From the IMG/VR virus record IMGVR_UViG_3300029452_000003: 41,649 bases of DNA; one strand, 5' to 3'. Below the pieces are notes generated by a model. It ran no database searches and had not been told where the DNA came from. It saw only the letters and a program-made list of their open reading frames with translations. A program made the translations under genes and the position numbers. Origin of the DNA: a virus. Shown here one piece after another: positions 8,718-16,147 of this stretch (position 1 is its first letter; every line of letters starts with the position of its first letter).

Positions 8718-9317
8718 ATGGCAAAATGTACTGGCGCCGCATCTATTTACGGCGATATCTGTTTCACACCGGGAGCAAAGTCGCTCCCTGGTGTACGTGG
8801 CTGGGTCTTCGGTATTGCTAAACGCGACATCTTAGGATGGCCAACCATCGGCTCGGAGACACCAAAAACGATGGACGCTGTCGCTAAGTATACCGGCGAC
8901 TTCAAACTGGCTTCTGACAAGAAGTGGCACAAGATTGGTCTCATACCTAACGAATCGCAGCTGCAGGTCGAGTCTCAGGGCACTTACGGCTCTAAGACAT
9001 TCAAGGTCACTGGCACCGCTGTCATTCCCGGCACCGAGGAAGCTGCCACCGGCTACATCTCTCTCGCCAACAACGACGAGATGGTCTACCTCTTCATTCA
9101 GCGCAACGGCAAGGCACGCATGGTGGGCAGCGAGGCGTTCTCTCCTGAGCTCACGCTCTCGCAGGACCTCGGCAAGGCTGCTACCGATACCAACTCTACA
9201 ACAGTGCAGGCTGTTGCGTCTGACGAGTATCCAGCTCCGTTCTACCCGGGCAAGATAGAGACCGAGGACGGCGACATCTCCGGTGCTACCGGCCTGCCGA
9301 TTGTTGTCGCTGCATAG
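8718..9317 (+). CDS. Hypothetical virion-associated protein (199 aa)
   Basis: Follows the capsid candidate and precedes a terminator. Possible decoration or head accessory protein by position only. Confidence 0.45.
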   Translation: MAKCTGAASIYGDICFTPGAKSLPGVRGWVFGIAKRDILGWPTIGSETPKTMDAVAKYTGDFKLASDKKWHKIGLIPNESQLQVESQGTYGSKTFKVTGTAVIPGTEEAATGYISLANNDEMVYLFIQRNGKARMVGSEAFSPELTLSQDLGKAATDTNSTTVQAVASDEYPAPFYPGKIETEDGDISGATGLPIVVAA

Positions 9318-9371
9318 CGTTTTCTTTTTCGCACAATAAATAGGTTTAAATTATTTAATTGGTTAACTCTG

Positions 9372-9415
9372 GGGCGGTCCTCACGATGGCGATCGTGGTG
9401 TCCGCCCTTTTAATT
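9372..9415 (+). terminator. Terminator-like hairpin after the head operon
   Basis: gggcgg (9372-9377) pairs with ccgccc (9402-9407), and inner acgat/atcgt pairs are separated by an internal loop. Followed by ttttaattt. Confidence 0.45.
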
Positions 9416-9424
9416 TGCTTTACA

Positions 9425-10279
9425 ATGATAGATAAAAAACTCACAGAAGATATGCAGGCGTGGCTCAACGCCGAGAAGCACGACCGCGAGTCTGTTGCCC
9501 GTGGTGCGGAGATGGTTCTGAAGCTCACGCGCAACATGTCGATGTATCAGACCATCATGCGCCGTCCAGAGCGTTTTGAGTCGAAGGTGCGCTACGAGCT
9601 TCAGAAGTTCTTGCCTATGCGCCTCGAGAACATGACTACTCAAGATGTCAAGTTACTCGATGCCGAACTTACTCCACAGATAGCAGCTGCCATCGAAGAG
9701 CAGGTTAAGTTCGAAGCCGAGCACAAGGCTGAGGAGAACAACGACACTGAGGTTCCTGAGGGTGGCTACCTTCCTGCTGCTTCCGGCATCCGCCCCGATC
9801 ACGACAACCTTCCAGAGGATGTGCGCAATATCTGGGCGGAGAATAAGGAGCGTTGGCTGAAGATAAAGAAGCTCTACAACACTCTTCTCACCTTCGAGCA
9901 GCCATGCGACCGCTACGAATATCTCAAGCAACTGAAGGACTTGTGGTACACCTACAAGAGCGAACTCGGACGTTATGACGGCTACGTCGCTCCTTCTGAC
10001 GATGCTCAGACTGAAGGCGAAGAGCCTACGCCTGCCGATATCGCTAAGAACATCGCCAATGCGCGCTCGTATATCACCAAGAACGTAGACCGCCTCGCAG
10101 AACTCCGCCGTCTGTCGCGCGAGTCCGACGATGCGACTAAGGAGCTCGACGAGTACAACAAACTGCTCGCCAAAGTTCGAGCCCGTATTACCGTGCTCAA
10201 CGACAACAACGCACCCATCGGCGATGATCTGAAGACAAAGCTCAATGAAGCAGGCTTATCCCTTCCGTCCGCTGAGTGA
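9425..10279 (+). CDS. Hypothetical protein (284 aa), acidic/coiled-coil rich
   Basis: The ORF is open from 9359, but that stretch overlaps the hairpin. The first ATG after the hairpin is 9425 (MIDKKL). Confidence 0.5.
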   Translation: MIDKKLTEDMQAWLNAEKHDRESVARGAEMVLKLTRNMSMYQTIMRRPERFESKVRYELQKFLPMRLENMTTQDVKLLDAELTPQIAAAIEEQVKFEAEHKAEENNDTEVPEGGYLPAASGIRPDHDNLPEDVRNIWAENKERWLKIKKLYNTLLTFEQPCDRYEYLKQLKDLWYTYKSELGRYDGYVAPSDDAQTEGEEPTPADIAKNIANARSYITKNVDRLAELRRLSRESDDATKELDEYNKLLAKVRARITVLNDNNAPIGDDLKTKLNEAGLSLPSAE

Positions 10280-10805
10280 CGTTCCCACTCAGTACCATCT
10301 CGGTACTGGGCTACACACGCTCGGCTTGCTCAGATGGATTCTGAAGCAGACCGGGCGTGCCGACGTTTACGTATCTACTTTCTCAACCTCCGACGCTTTC
10401 CTCTGCGGTTTCCTACGTCTGCGCCGGCGCAAGCTGATAGCCAACGCCACACTCGTAGCCGACCTTAAGGCTGCACGCAAGACGGTGCAGCTCTATCGGC
10501 TTATGCAGAGCTGCTTCGACCATGTGCATCTGGCGCAGAACCACTCAAAGATAATGCTTGTCAAGAACGAGAACTATCAGGTTGCTGTTATTAGTTCTCA
10601 GAACCAGACCTATGGCGACCGCGCCGAGTGTACAATGATCACTACAGACCTCAAGGCTTACTACTCGTTGCTTGCCGGTCTGAGAGGCATCGTCGACAAA
10701 TCACTTGAGCTAAATGGATTATTCCAACGACTTACTGACAAAGATAGAAAACTATGCGCGGGAGATGATGACCCCGACGGAGATATCCGCCCTTTTGGGT
10801 ATTGA
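10245..10805 (+). CDS. Possible PLD-like (HKD-motif) protein
   Basis: NHSKIMLVKNENYQVAVISSQN resembles the HxK(x)4D(x)nGSxN PLD/Nuc motif, but with Lys in place of Asp and altered spacing. Only one motif copy is present. Confidence 0.35.
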   Translation: MKQAYPFRPLSDVPTQYHLGTGLHTLGLLRWILKQTGRADVYVSTFSTSDAFLCGFLRLRRRKLIANATLVADLKAARKTVQLYRLMQSCFDHVHLAQNHSKIMLVKNENYQVAVISSQNQTYGDRAECTMITTDLKAYYSLLAGLRGIVDKSLELNGLFQRLTDKDRKLCAGDDDPDGDIRPFGY

Positions 10806-10992
10806 CGAGCGTGAGCTGTGCGACGACATAGCCACTGTTGGCTGTCCTGCACGCGCGGCTTATGTTCGTGGCGCATCAGCCACGGCGCTTGAGCTTCGCC
10901 GCACTCTTCACGATACGGCACTTGCTGGCTCTCCCTATTCTATTCAGGAATGTCAGCGTCTGCTTGCTGCCGCTCTTTCTGCTGTCACTTAG
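10714..10992 (+). CDS. Small HTH-like protein (possible DNA-recognition or terminase small-subunit partner)
   Basis: MTPTEISALLGIDERELCDDI looks like an HTH. Overlaps the upstream ORF by 92 nt; alternative start at 10765. Confidence 0.4.
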   Translation: MDYSNDLLTKIENYAREMMTPTEISALLGIDERELCDDIATVGCPARAAYVRGASATALELRRTLHDTALAGSPYSIQECQRLLAAALSAVT

Positions 10993-11026
10993 CATTCTCA
11001 ACATTCAACACTCTACATTATTATAT

Positions 11027-11620
11027 ATGCTTCCAGTTAACCTCGATGAATATTCGCGCTATGTCACCCTCGACGATGCTGAACTGCGTCAGCTCCGTGT
11101 CGCCGAGGGTGTATTGCTGCGTCTTCATCGCATACGCGGCATGTATGCCTATTGGTTGCAGTTCCCGTCAAAGGTTGACAACGACCTGGTGCAGTACGAT
11201 ATGGCTATGTTCAAGGTATCGCGCTCTCTTGCTTACGAGGATCTGCATCTGGTCAAGGTGCTACTCGGCAATCTTCAGCAGACTACGAAGGAGTTCATGC
11301 GCTGGAAGATTAACAAGTCGCTCGAGCAGGACGTCGCTGCAGCACGCCGCGCCGGCGACTTCCGGTCGGTGGCTGCGCTCTCTAAGGTGCTCGTGGCTAA
11401 CAACCGCACCGATAAGGACGACGAACCCGACCTCGAATTCGACAAGATCGTGCCTCAGAACTTCGAGCCGACAGACGACCCTACGGTTCTCGGCATCGAG
11501 CGCATCCCTGACCTGCGTGGCAAGATACGTGCTCTCTACAAGCGCTACTCCAACACTATGATACAAGATGCTGATTTCGAGGAGATAAAAGAAGAGATAA
11601 AACCCGACGAAGATGAGTGA
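11027..11620 (+). CDS. Putative terminase small subunit (by position)
   Basis: 197-aa ORF from MLPVNLDEY. It overlaps the TerL start by 8 nt. The upstream extension of the ORF to 10838 looks like non-coding read-through. Confidence 0.4.
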   Translation: MLPVNLDEYSRYVTLDDAELRQLRVAEGVLLRLHRIRGMYAYWLQFPSKVDNDLVQYDMAMFKVSRSLAYEDLHLVKVLLGNLQQTTKEFMRWKINKSLEQDVAAARRAGDFRSVAALSKVLVANNRTDKDDEPDLEFDKIVPQNFEPTDDPTVLGIERIPDLRGKIRALYKRYSNTMIQDADFEEIKEEIKPDEDE

Positions 11621-13244
11621 TTGCATTGAACAACCAAACCTTCAGTATTTCAACGACGCGCAGTATTACGCACTCGCCATGAACACACGCGACGAGGTAA
11701 TCGTTGCCGGACGTGGTGTGGGCAAGGGTGCTATTCAGGCGCGCCGTCTGCAGTCGTGCTTTCAGGGTATGCCCGGCTCCATGGGTGGCTTCGTAGCTCC
11801 GTCCGTCAAGCGTTGCCTGACCAATATCCTGCCCTCCATGCTCATCCACCTCGAGCGATGGGGCTTCAAGCGCGACCTACACTATGTCGTGGGTCGGCGA
11901 CCGTGGAAGAAGCTCCACTGGAAATCGCCTATCTTCACGCCGGCGAACTGGGAGAACACCATCAGTTTCTACAACGGCTCCGTCTGCAATGTCATCTCGC
12001 AGGACCGCTCGGGCACGTCCAACTCGATGTCGCTCGACTATCTCATCATCGACGAGGCGAAGTTCATCGACTTCGAGCAGCTCAAAGACGAGACCTTTCA
12101 AGCCAACCGAGGCAACGAGATGTACTTCCGCCATTTCCCTCTGCATCATGGCATGACCATCACTTCCGATATGCCTATCACCAAGAAGGGCTCCTGGTTC
12201 CTCAACTACAAGGATAAGCAAGACCCAGAACTGGTGGAGGTCATCGAGGGGCTGGTCTACCAGATATGGAGACTGAAGCAGAAGCTGCTGAAGACTCCCG
12301 ACAAGCACGAGCAGATCCAGCGACGCATAGACGAGTACAACAAGCAGCTCAACTTCTTTCGCTCGCAGTGTTTGCTCTACCGCGAATATTCATCAATCGA
12401 GAACCTCGCACTCCTGGGCGAGGAGTTTATACGCCGTGCCAAGCGCGACCTTCCACCGCTCACCTTCGCCACGTCTATCATGTGCCAACGTGTGAGCATA
12501 TCGGCTGACGGCTTCTACGGTGGCATGAGCGAGACCGCCAACCTATACACGGCACCCAACGAGAGCGTGCTCAACCTGCACAACCTCGCCAACGCCGAGG
12601 GTGGTGCGCTACCTAACGATTGCCGCATGGATGCCGACCGCAACGACAAGCTGCCGTTGCTGATAGCCTTCGACACTAACAACCTCATCAACTGGCTCGT
12701 CGTCGGTCAGGTGCAAGGCTCGAAGCTGCGCGTGCTCAAATCGTTCTTCGTCAAATACGAGCGCAAGATTCCTGAGTTGCTCGACGACTTCAATACGTAC
12801 TACCACTATCATCGCCGTCGTCAGATCATCTTCTACTACGACTCTACCATGGTGGGCACCAACTGGGGCTTGCACTACAACGACCCTCATAAAGAGGTGG
12901 TGCGCACGCTGCGCTCGATGGGCTGGGCGGTGCGCGAGGCTTATCTCGGCAACCCGATGAACCACGTACAGAAGAACGCTCTCATCAATAATATGTTTCG
13001 CGGGCGTGCCCGTCTGCAGGTGCTCGTCAACCGCGACAACAACCCCGACATGCTCATCTCCATAACCTCTGCCGGCGTGTACAACGGCAAGAAGGATAAG
13101 CGTGGAGAGAAGCTCGCAGAGACCGAGGAGGATAAGCTGGAGGCTCGTACCGACGGTTCCGATGCCTTTGACGTGCTCTGCATAGGCGCGGAGACCAAGC
13201 CGGTGTTCCAGGGCACCGGCGGCACAACCAACACATACGGCTAA
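11613..13244 (+). CDS. terL: Terminase large subunit
   Basis: Walker A-like VAGRGVGKGA and Walker B DYLIIDEAKF. 543 aa with a C-terminal nuclease-sized domain. Typical size and position. Confidence 0.85.
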   Translation: MSDCIEQPNLQYFNDAQYYALAMNTRDEVIVAGRGVGKGAIQARRLQSCFQGMPGSMGGFVAPSVKRCLTNILPSMLIHLERWGFKRDLHYVVGRRPWKKLHWKSPIFTPANWENTISFYNGSVCNVISQDRSGTSNSMSLDYLIIDEAKFIDFEQLKDETFQANRGNEMYFRHFPLHHGMTITSDMPITKKGSWFLNYKDKQDPELVEVIEGLVYQIWRLKQKLLKTPDKHEQIQRRIDEYNKQLNFFRSQCLLYREYSSIENLALLGEEFIRRAKRDLPPLTFATSIMCQRVSISADGFYGGMSETANLYTAPNESVLNLHNLANAEGGALPNDCRMDADRNDKLPLLIAFDTNNLINWLVVGQVQGSKLRVLKSFFVKYERKIPELLDDFNTYYHYHRRRQIIFYYDSTMVGTNWGLHYNDPHKEVVRTLRSMGWAVREAYLGNPMNHVQKNALINNMFRGRARLQVLVNRDNNPDMLISITSAGVYNGKKDKRGEKLAETEEDKLEARTDGSDAFDVLCIGAETKPVFQGTGGTTNTYG

Positions 13245-13282
13245 AATCTCATTTCTCATTTATTTTTTGTTTATACTTTACA

Positions 13283-13319
13283 CCGCTGGCGCGAGATGCG
13301 TCGGCGGCTTTATTTTTTT
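13283..13319 (+). terminator. Rho-independent terminator after terL
   Basis: ccgctggcgc (13283-13292) pairs with gcgtcggcgg (13298-13307), including two G-U pairs. Followed by ctttattttttt. Confidence 0.6.
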
Positions 13320-13407
13320 ATTATTACTACAAAAAAGTGTAGTAAATATTTGTATAATACGAAAATTTGTAGTACACTTTGTAGTGTCTTAAAAAAAGTA
13401 ATACAAT

Positions 13408-13545
13408 ATGAATAAAGAATTAACAGAAGAAGAGGCAGAACTGATAGAAGCTATCAGAGCCCACAAAAGAAGTTACCCGAATGGTCATCCTCAGTTGTTA
13501 TGGTACGCACAAGAGCTGTTCGATGAGATGACATCAGTTAAGTAA
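13408..13545 (+). CDS. Tiny ORF A1a (45 aa), paralog of 16992-17123
   Basis: MNKELTEEEAELIEAIRAHKRSYPNGHPQLLWYAQELFDEMTSVK. Shares TE.E.ELIEAIR....YPNG with the 43-aa ORF at 16992. Below the 60-aa cut-off of the ORF track. Confidence 0.55.
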   Translation: MNKELTEEEAELIEAIRAHKRSYPNGHPQLLWYAQELFDEMTSVK

Positions 13546-13588
13546 TTCTAACAAGGCAGCCCGAAAGGGCTGCCCTAACTAACACAAT

Positions 13589-13837
13589 ATGGAAAAGAAC
13601 AAACAAGCAAAGGACAATACTGTTAAGCAACGCTTGCAGGACATTCTGCTGAGTGTATCATGGCGTGATATCGCCAATACTTATTTCGACCGCTCGGCTT
13701 CATGGTTGTATCATAAACTCGATGGAATCGATGGCAATGGTGGTGTCGGTGGGTTCACAGACAAGGAGAAGGAGCAGCTTCGTGGTGCTCTTGTCGACCT
13801 CAGCGACCGCTTACGCCGTGCTGCTGACAATATTTAG
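13589..13837 (+). CDS. DUF5053-like small protein A1b (82 aa), paralog of 17169-17414
   Basis: Shares SWLYHK and L(R/K)GALVD..(R)LR..AD with the 81-aa ORF at 17169. My recollection is that this matches the Bacteroidales DUF5053 family; that is unverified. Confidence 0.6.
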   Translation: MEKNKQAKDNTVKQRLQDILLSVSWRDIANTYFDRSASWLYHKLDGIDGNGGVGGFTDKEKEQLRGALVDLSDRLRRAADNI

Positions 13838-13891
13838 GCAGATGTTGTATTACATTTAAGACACAAGTCGTCCGTGCCTACGGATGCACTC

Positions 13892-13923
13892 AGCCTCGGC
13901 ACTTCGGTGTCGGGGCTTTTTTG
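13892..13923 (+). terminator. Terminator (UUCG tetraloop hairpin + T tract), family 1 copy 1
   Basis: agcctcggcac / ttcg / gtgtcggggct followed by tttttt. Same element at 17435-17466, with a compensatory C-G to A-T change. Confidence 0.75.
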
Positions 13924-14625
13924 TTGGCAATTGTCAACCTCGCACCGTCTCGTCTTACCGCTGATGGGCGCAAAATCGACAAGCCAAAATCACATACTCG
14001 TCACAACCGCCAGCATATTCCGCTAAAGGCGAGGAAGGCAATTGCCAACTCGGCGCAGGGCGGTGTAGTGCTGCATAGACAGAAAGTCTTGCACCCTGCA
14101 AAATCGTAATGCTTAACTCGTTGATTTTTAAGCATTACGATTTTGCAGCTATGGAAAAGGTACGCGAAAACGCGCTCATTTCTCTATTCCGGGCTTCTTT
14201 TTATTGCGGAAAAGAAGCAAAAACGCTTGCGAAAACAAGTTTTCGAGTGGTATTCTCCGGTAGAGAATGCTATTTTTTACATCTTGCGCTATTCCGTTCG
14301 AGAGCATTTTAGAAGATTATTGTACATCGGGTAGAGTGTCGTTTTTACTTCGCGAATTTACGGCGGACGGCTGCCACCCAAGCACCGATGCACTAAAGTG
14401 ACAGAAATTTTACAGCAGCCTTCCGACTTTTCTTCCTACGGCTTCCTTCAAAAACTCGGTTTTCCATAAAATTTCAATCCCTTTTGCTTGTCCTCTCGCC
14501 TTACTTCCACCGTCTTTTTGCGGCGTAAAAAGCGAAATTCGACCCGACGTGAATAAAAAAAACTCTCAAACGGGCTACAGATGAGATGTGTAAAAAGCTC
14601 TCTTCTCGCCTCGGAGAATAATTTT
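13923..14625 (+). ncRNA. Candidate structured non-coding RNA or long structured 5' leader of the PRTase gene
   Basis: About 0.7 kb without a credible ORF on either strand in an otherwise densely coding genome. Helices: 13923-13933/14039-14049 (11 bp), 14096-14116/14128-14148 (21 bp perfect), 14193-14201/14210-14218 (9 bp), 14364-14374/14415-14425 (10 of 11). Confidence 0.3.
14096..14148. repeat. Perfect 21-bp inverted repeat with 11-nt spacer
   Basis: ctgcaaaatcgtaatgcttaa / ctcgttgattt / ttaagcattacgattttgcag. No T tract follows, so it is not a classical terminator. Confidence 0.9.
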
Positions 14626-14639
14626 AAGGAGGACAAAAA

Positions 14640-15173
14640 ATGAAAACAGCCAGTTTCTACAGCTATATGCCGAAGCGTTACACCACCGACGACGTGCAGA
14701 CCGAGCGCATCAGACGCTTTATTTATTCTTTCAAGCGCGGCGACCGCCATGCGGTAGACTTCGCCGTCAACATCGTAAGCGAGTGCCTTAATAAATGGTA
14801 CGGCGCAAGCAATCAAGACTATGTGCTCGTGTGTATTCCTGCAGCTACAAGTGCCAAGTATAACCGCCGCTTTAAGCGTTTCGCCGAGGAGGTAAGCAAG
14901 CGCACCGGCATACAGAACGGCACGGCACACGTGAATATCTTCGGCATGCGCGAAGCGAAGCACAACAACGCCGCGCACATCGTCAGCGAGTCGTATGGCT
15001 ACCACGTGAGCACCGACCCCGACTTCTTCGCAGGCAAGAACGTGATACTCTTCGACGACCTCATTACTACAGGAGCCACGGCGGAGGAGTTCGCCGCCGA
15101 ACTCGCAGCGGTAGACGCTAACGTCATCGGCGGCTTGTTTCTCGCACGCACCAAACTCATGAATAACCATTAA
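14640..15173 (+). CDS. ComF-like type I phosphoribosyltransferase (PRTase) domain protein, no zinc finger
   Basis: PRPP-binding loop VILFDDLITTGATAEEF. Upstream YVLVCIPAATSAKYNRRFKRF resembles the ComF core. A canonical SD (aaggagg, 14626-14632) lies 7 nt before the ATG. Confidence 0.8.
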   Translation: MKTASFYSYMPKRYTTDDVQTERIRRFIYSFKRGDRHAVDFAVNIVSECLNKWYGASNQDYVLVCIPAATSAKYNRRFKRFAEEVSKRTGIQNGTAHVNIFGMREAKHNNAAHIVSESYGYHVSTDPDFFAGKNVILFDDLITTGATAEEFAAELAAVDANVIGGLFLARTKLMNNH

Positions 15174-15184
15174 AGCTAAACAAT

Positions 15185-15865
15185 ATGAACAATTTTTCAG
15201 AACTCGTTCGCGAAGAACGCCCCGACTACAAAGTATATAATAGCGGTTTCGACTCGCTCAACAGCGTTGAACTCATAAGCCTAATAATAGGGCAAGGCAA
15301 AAGCACGCACGCAGCCATGCAGCAGGCTCGCCAGATAGTGAACATTTGCGGCGGCAGTCTTCGCGACATCGCCACCCGACGCGCCGAAGAACTACAAGTA
15401 GTGCAGGGCGTAGACCCCAAGAAAGCAATGACACTACAAGCAGCGTTCGAACTCGCTAAGCGCATCGAGCGCGAAGCAGCAGCCGACCGCCCGAGCTTCA
15501 GAACCGCCGAAGACGTTTGGCGATACTTCCGCCCGATAGTGGGCACGGCAGACCATGAGGAAGCGCACGTGCTGCTCATGAACAATAATTTCAAACTGAT
15601 TAAAGCCGTGAAACTATCAAGCGGCGGACTCACCGAGACAGCCGTAGACGTGCGCATCATATTGCGCGAAGCTCTCGTCAACAACGCCACCACGCTCACC
15701 CTGATACACAACCACCCAAGCGGCAACCCGTGCCCGAGCCGCGACGACGACCGCATCACGGCGACGCTAAAGCAGGCGTGCTCTACAATGCGGCTCTATC
15801 TGATAGACCACGTCGTCGTAACGGATAGCACATACTACAGCTATTCGGAGGAGGGCAAGCTATAG
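15185..15865 (+). CDS. radC: RadC-family JAB/MPN+ domain protein (full length with N-terminal HhH-like region)
   Basis: JAMM motif LIHNHPSGNPCPSRDD. The overall 226-aa layout is typical of RadC/UPF0758. Confidence 0.9.
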   Translation: MNNFSELVREERPDYKVYNSGFDSLNSVELISLIIGQGKSTHAAMQQARQIVNICGGSLRDIATRRAEELQVVQGVDPKKAMTLQAAFELAKRIEREAAADRPSFRTAEDVWRYFRPIVGTADHEEAHVLLMNNNFKLIKAVKLSSGGLTETAVDVRIILREALVNNATTLTLIHNHPSGNPCPSRDDDRITATLKQACSTMRLYLIDHVVVTDSTYYSYSEEGKL

Positions 15866-15874
15866 ACCGCATCG

Positions 15875-16042
15875 CACCGACCTCACGCATCGAGGTCGGT
15901 GTGGTCGCAACCATTTTGTTGAGCTCAACGAAATGGTTGCTTCTCTTCCCACCCACCGCCCTTCCGCCCGCCGCAAAAACGCCTGCAGCATTTTTGCGGC
16001 GGGTCCCAAAGAGGTAAAAAGCCACCATTTAGAGGCTTTTTT
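15875..16042 (+). terminator. Stack of four consecutive strong hairpins after radC (only the last has a T tract)
   Basis: 15875-15901 (10 bp). 15907-15940 (17 bp around gagctc). 15967-15979/15991-16003 (13 bp). 16016-16042 (aaaaagcc/ggcttttt followed by T tract). Confidence 0.5.
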
Positions 16043-16084
16043 CATTTTTCTAACAAAACAAGGTGATTATATCAAAAAAAATCG

Positions 16085-16097
16085 CTTACTTTGCAAA
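16085..16097 (+). promoter_or_regulatory. Conserved promoter-like box CTTACTTTGCAAA (copy 1)
   Basis: Identical 13-mer at 18359-18371. Both are preceded by an A-run and both sit upstream of a small-ORF + membrane-protein pair. Contains a TTTG -7-like core. Confidence 0.4.
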
Positions 16098-16147
16098 CAG
16101 CAAGAAAGAAAATGACATCTAAAACAATAAAACAAGGAGGCAAAATT

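Noticed and set aside
10838-11026. N-terminal extension of the 11027-11620 gene (ORF track starts at 10838) and the alternative-frame ORF 10950-11561
   Set aside because: The extension is Leu/Phe/Arg-rich with low complexity and overlaps the better-supported 10714-10992 ORF. 10950-11561 is Ser/Arg/Cys-rich out-of-frame translation of the same DNA.
14448-15170. 240-aa ORF on the - strand overlapping the PRTase gene
   Set aside because: It is antisense shadow of a GC-rich gene that has a clear PRTase motif on the + strand. No recognisable domain or start context. The same reasoning applies to 12609-13259(-), 23192-23878(-), 24212-24889(-), 1552-2202(-), 2231-2740(-), 6668-7138(-) and 35320-35835(-).
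14096-15173. Retron-like arrangement (long perfect hairpin resembling an msd stem plus a PRTase-type effector)
   Set aside because: No reverse transcriptase is present anywhere in the window. No ORF carries a YxDD-type motif or RT-like palm region, so this cannot be called a retron. The hairpin is kept only as part of the ncRNA/leader hypothesis.
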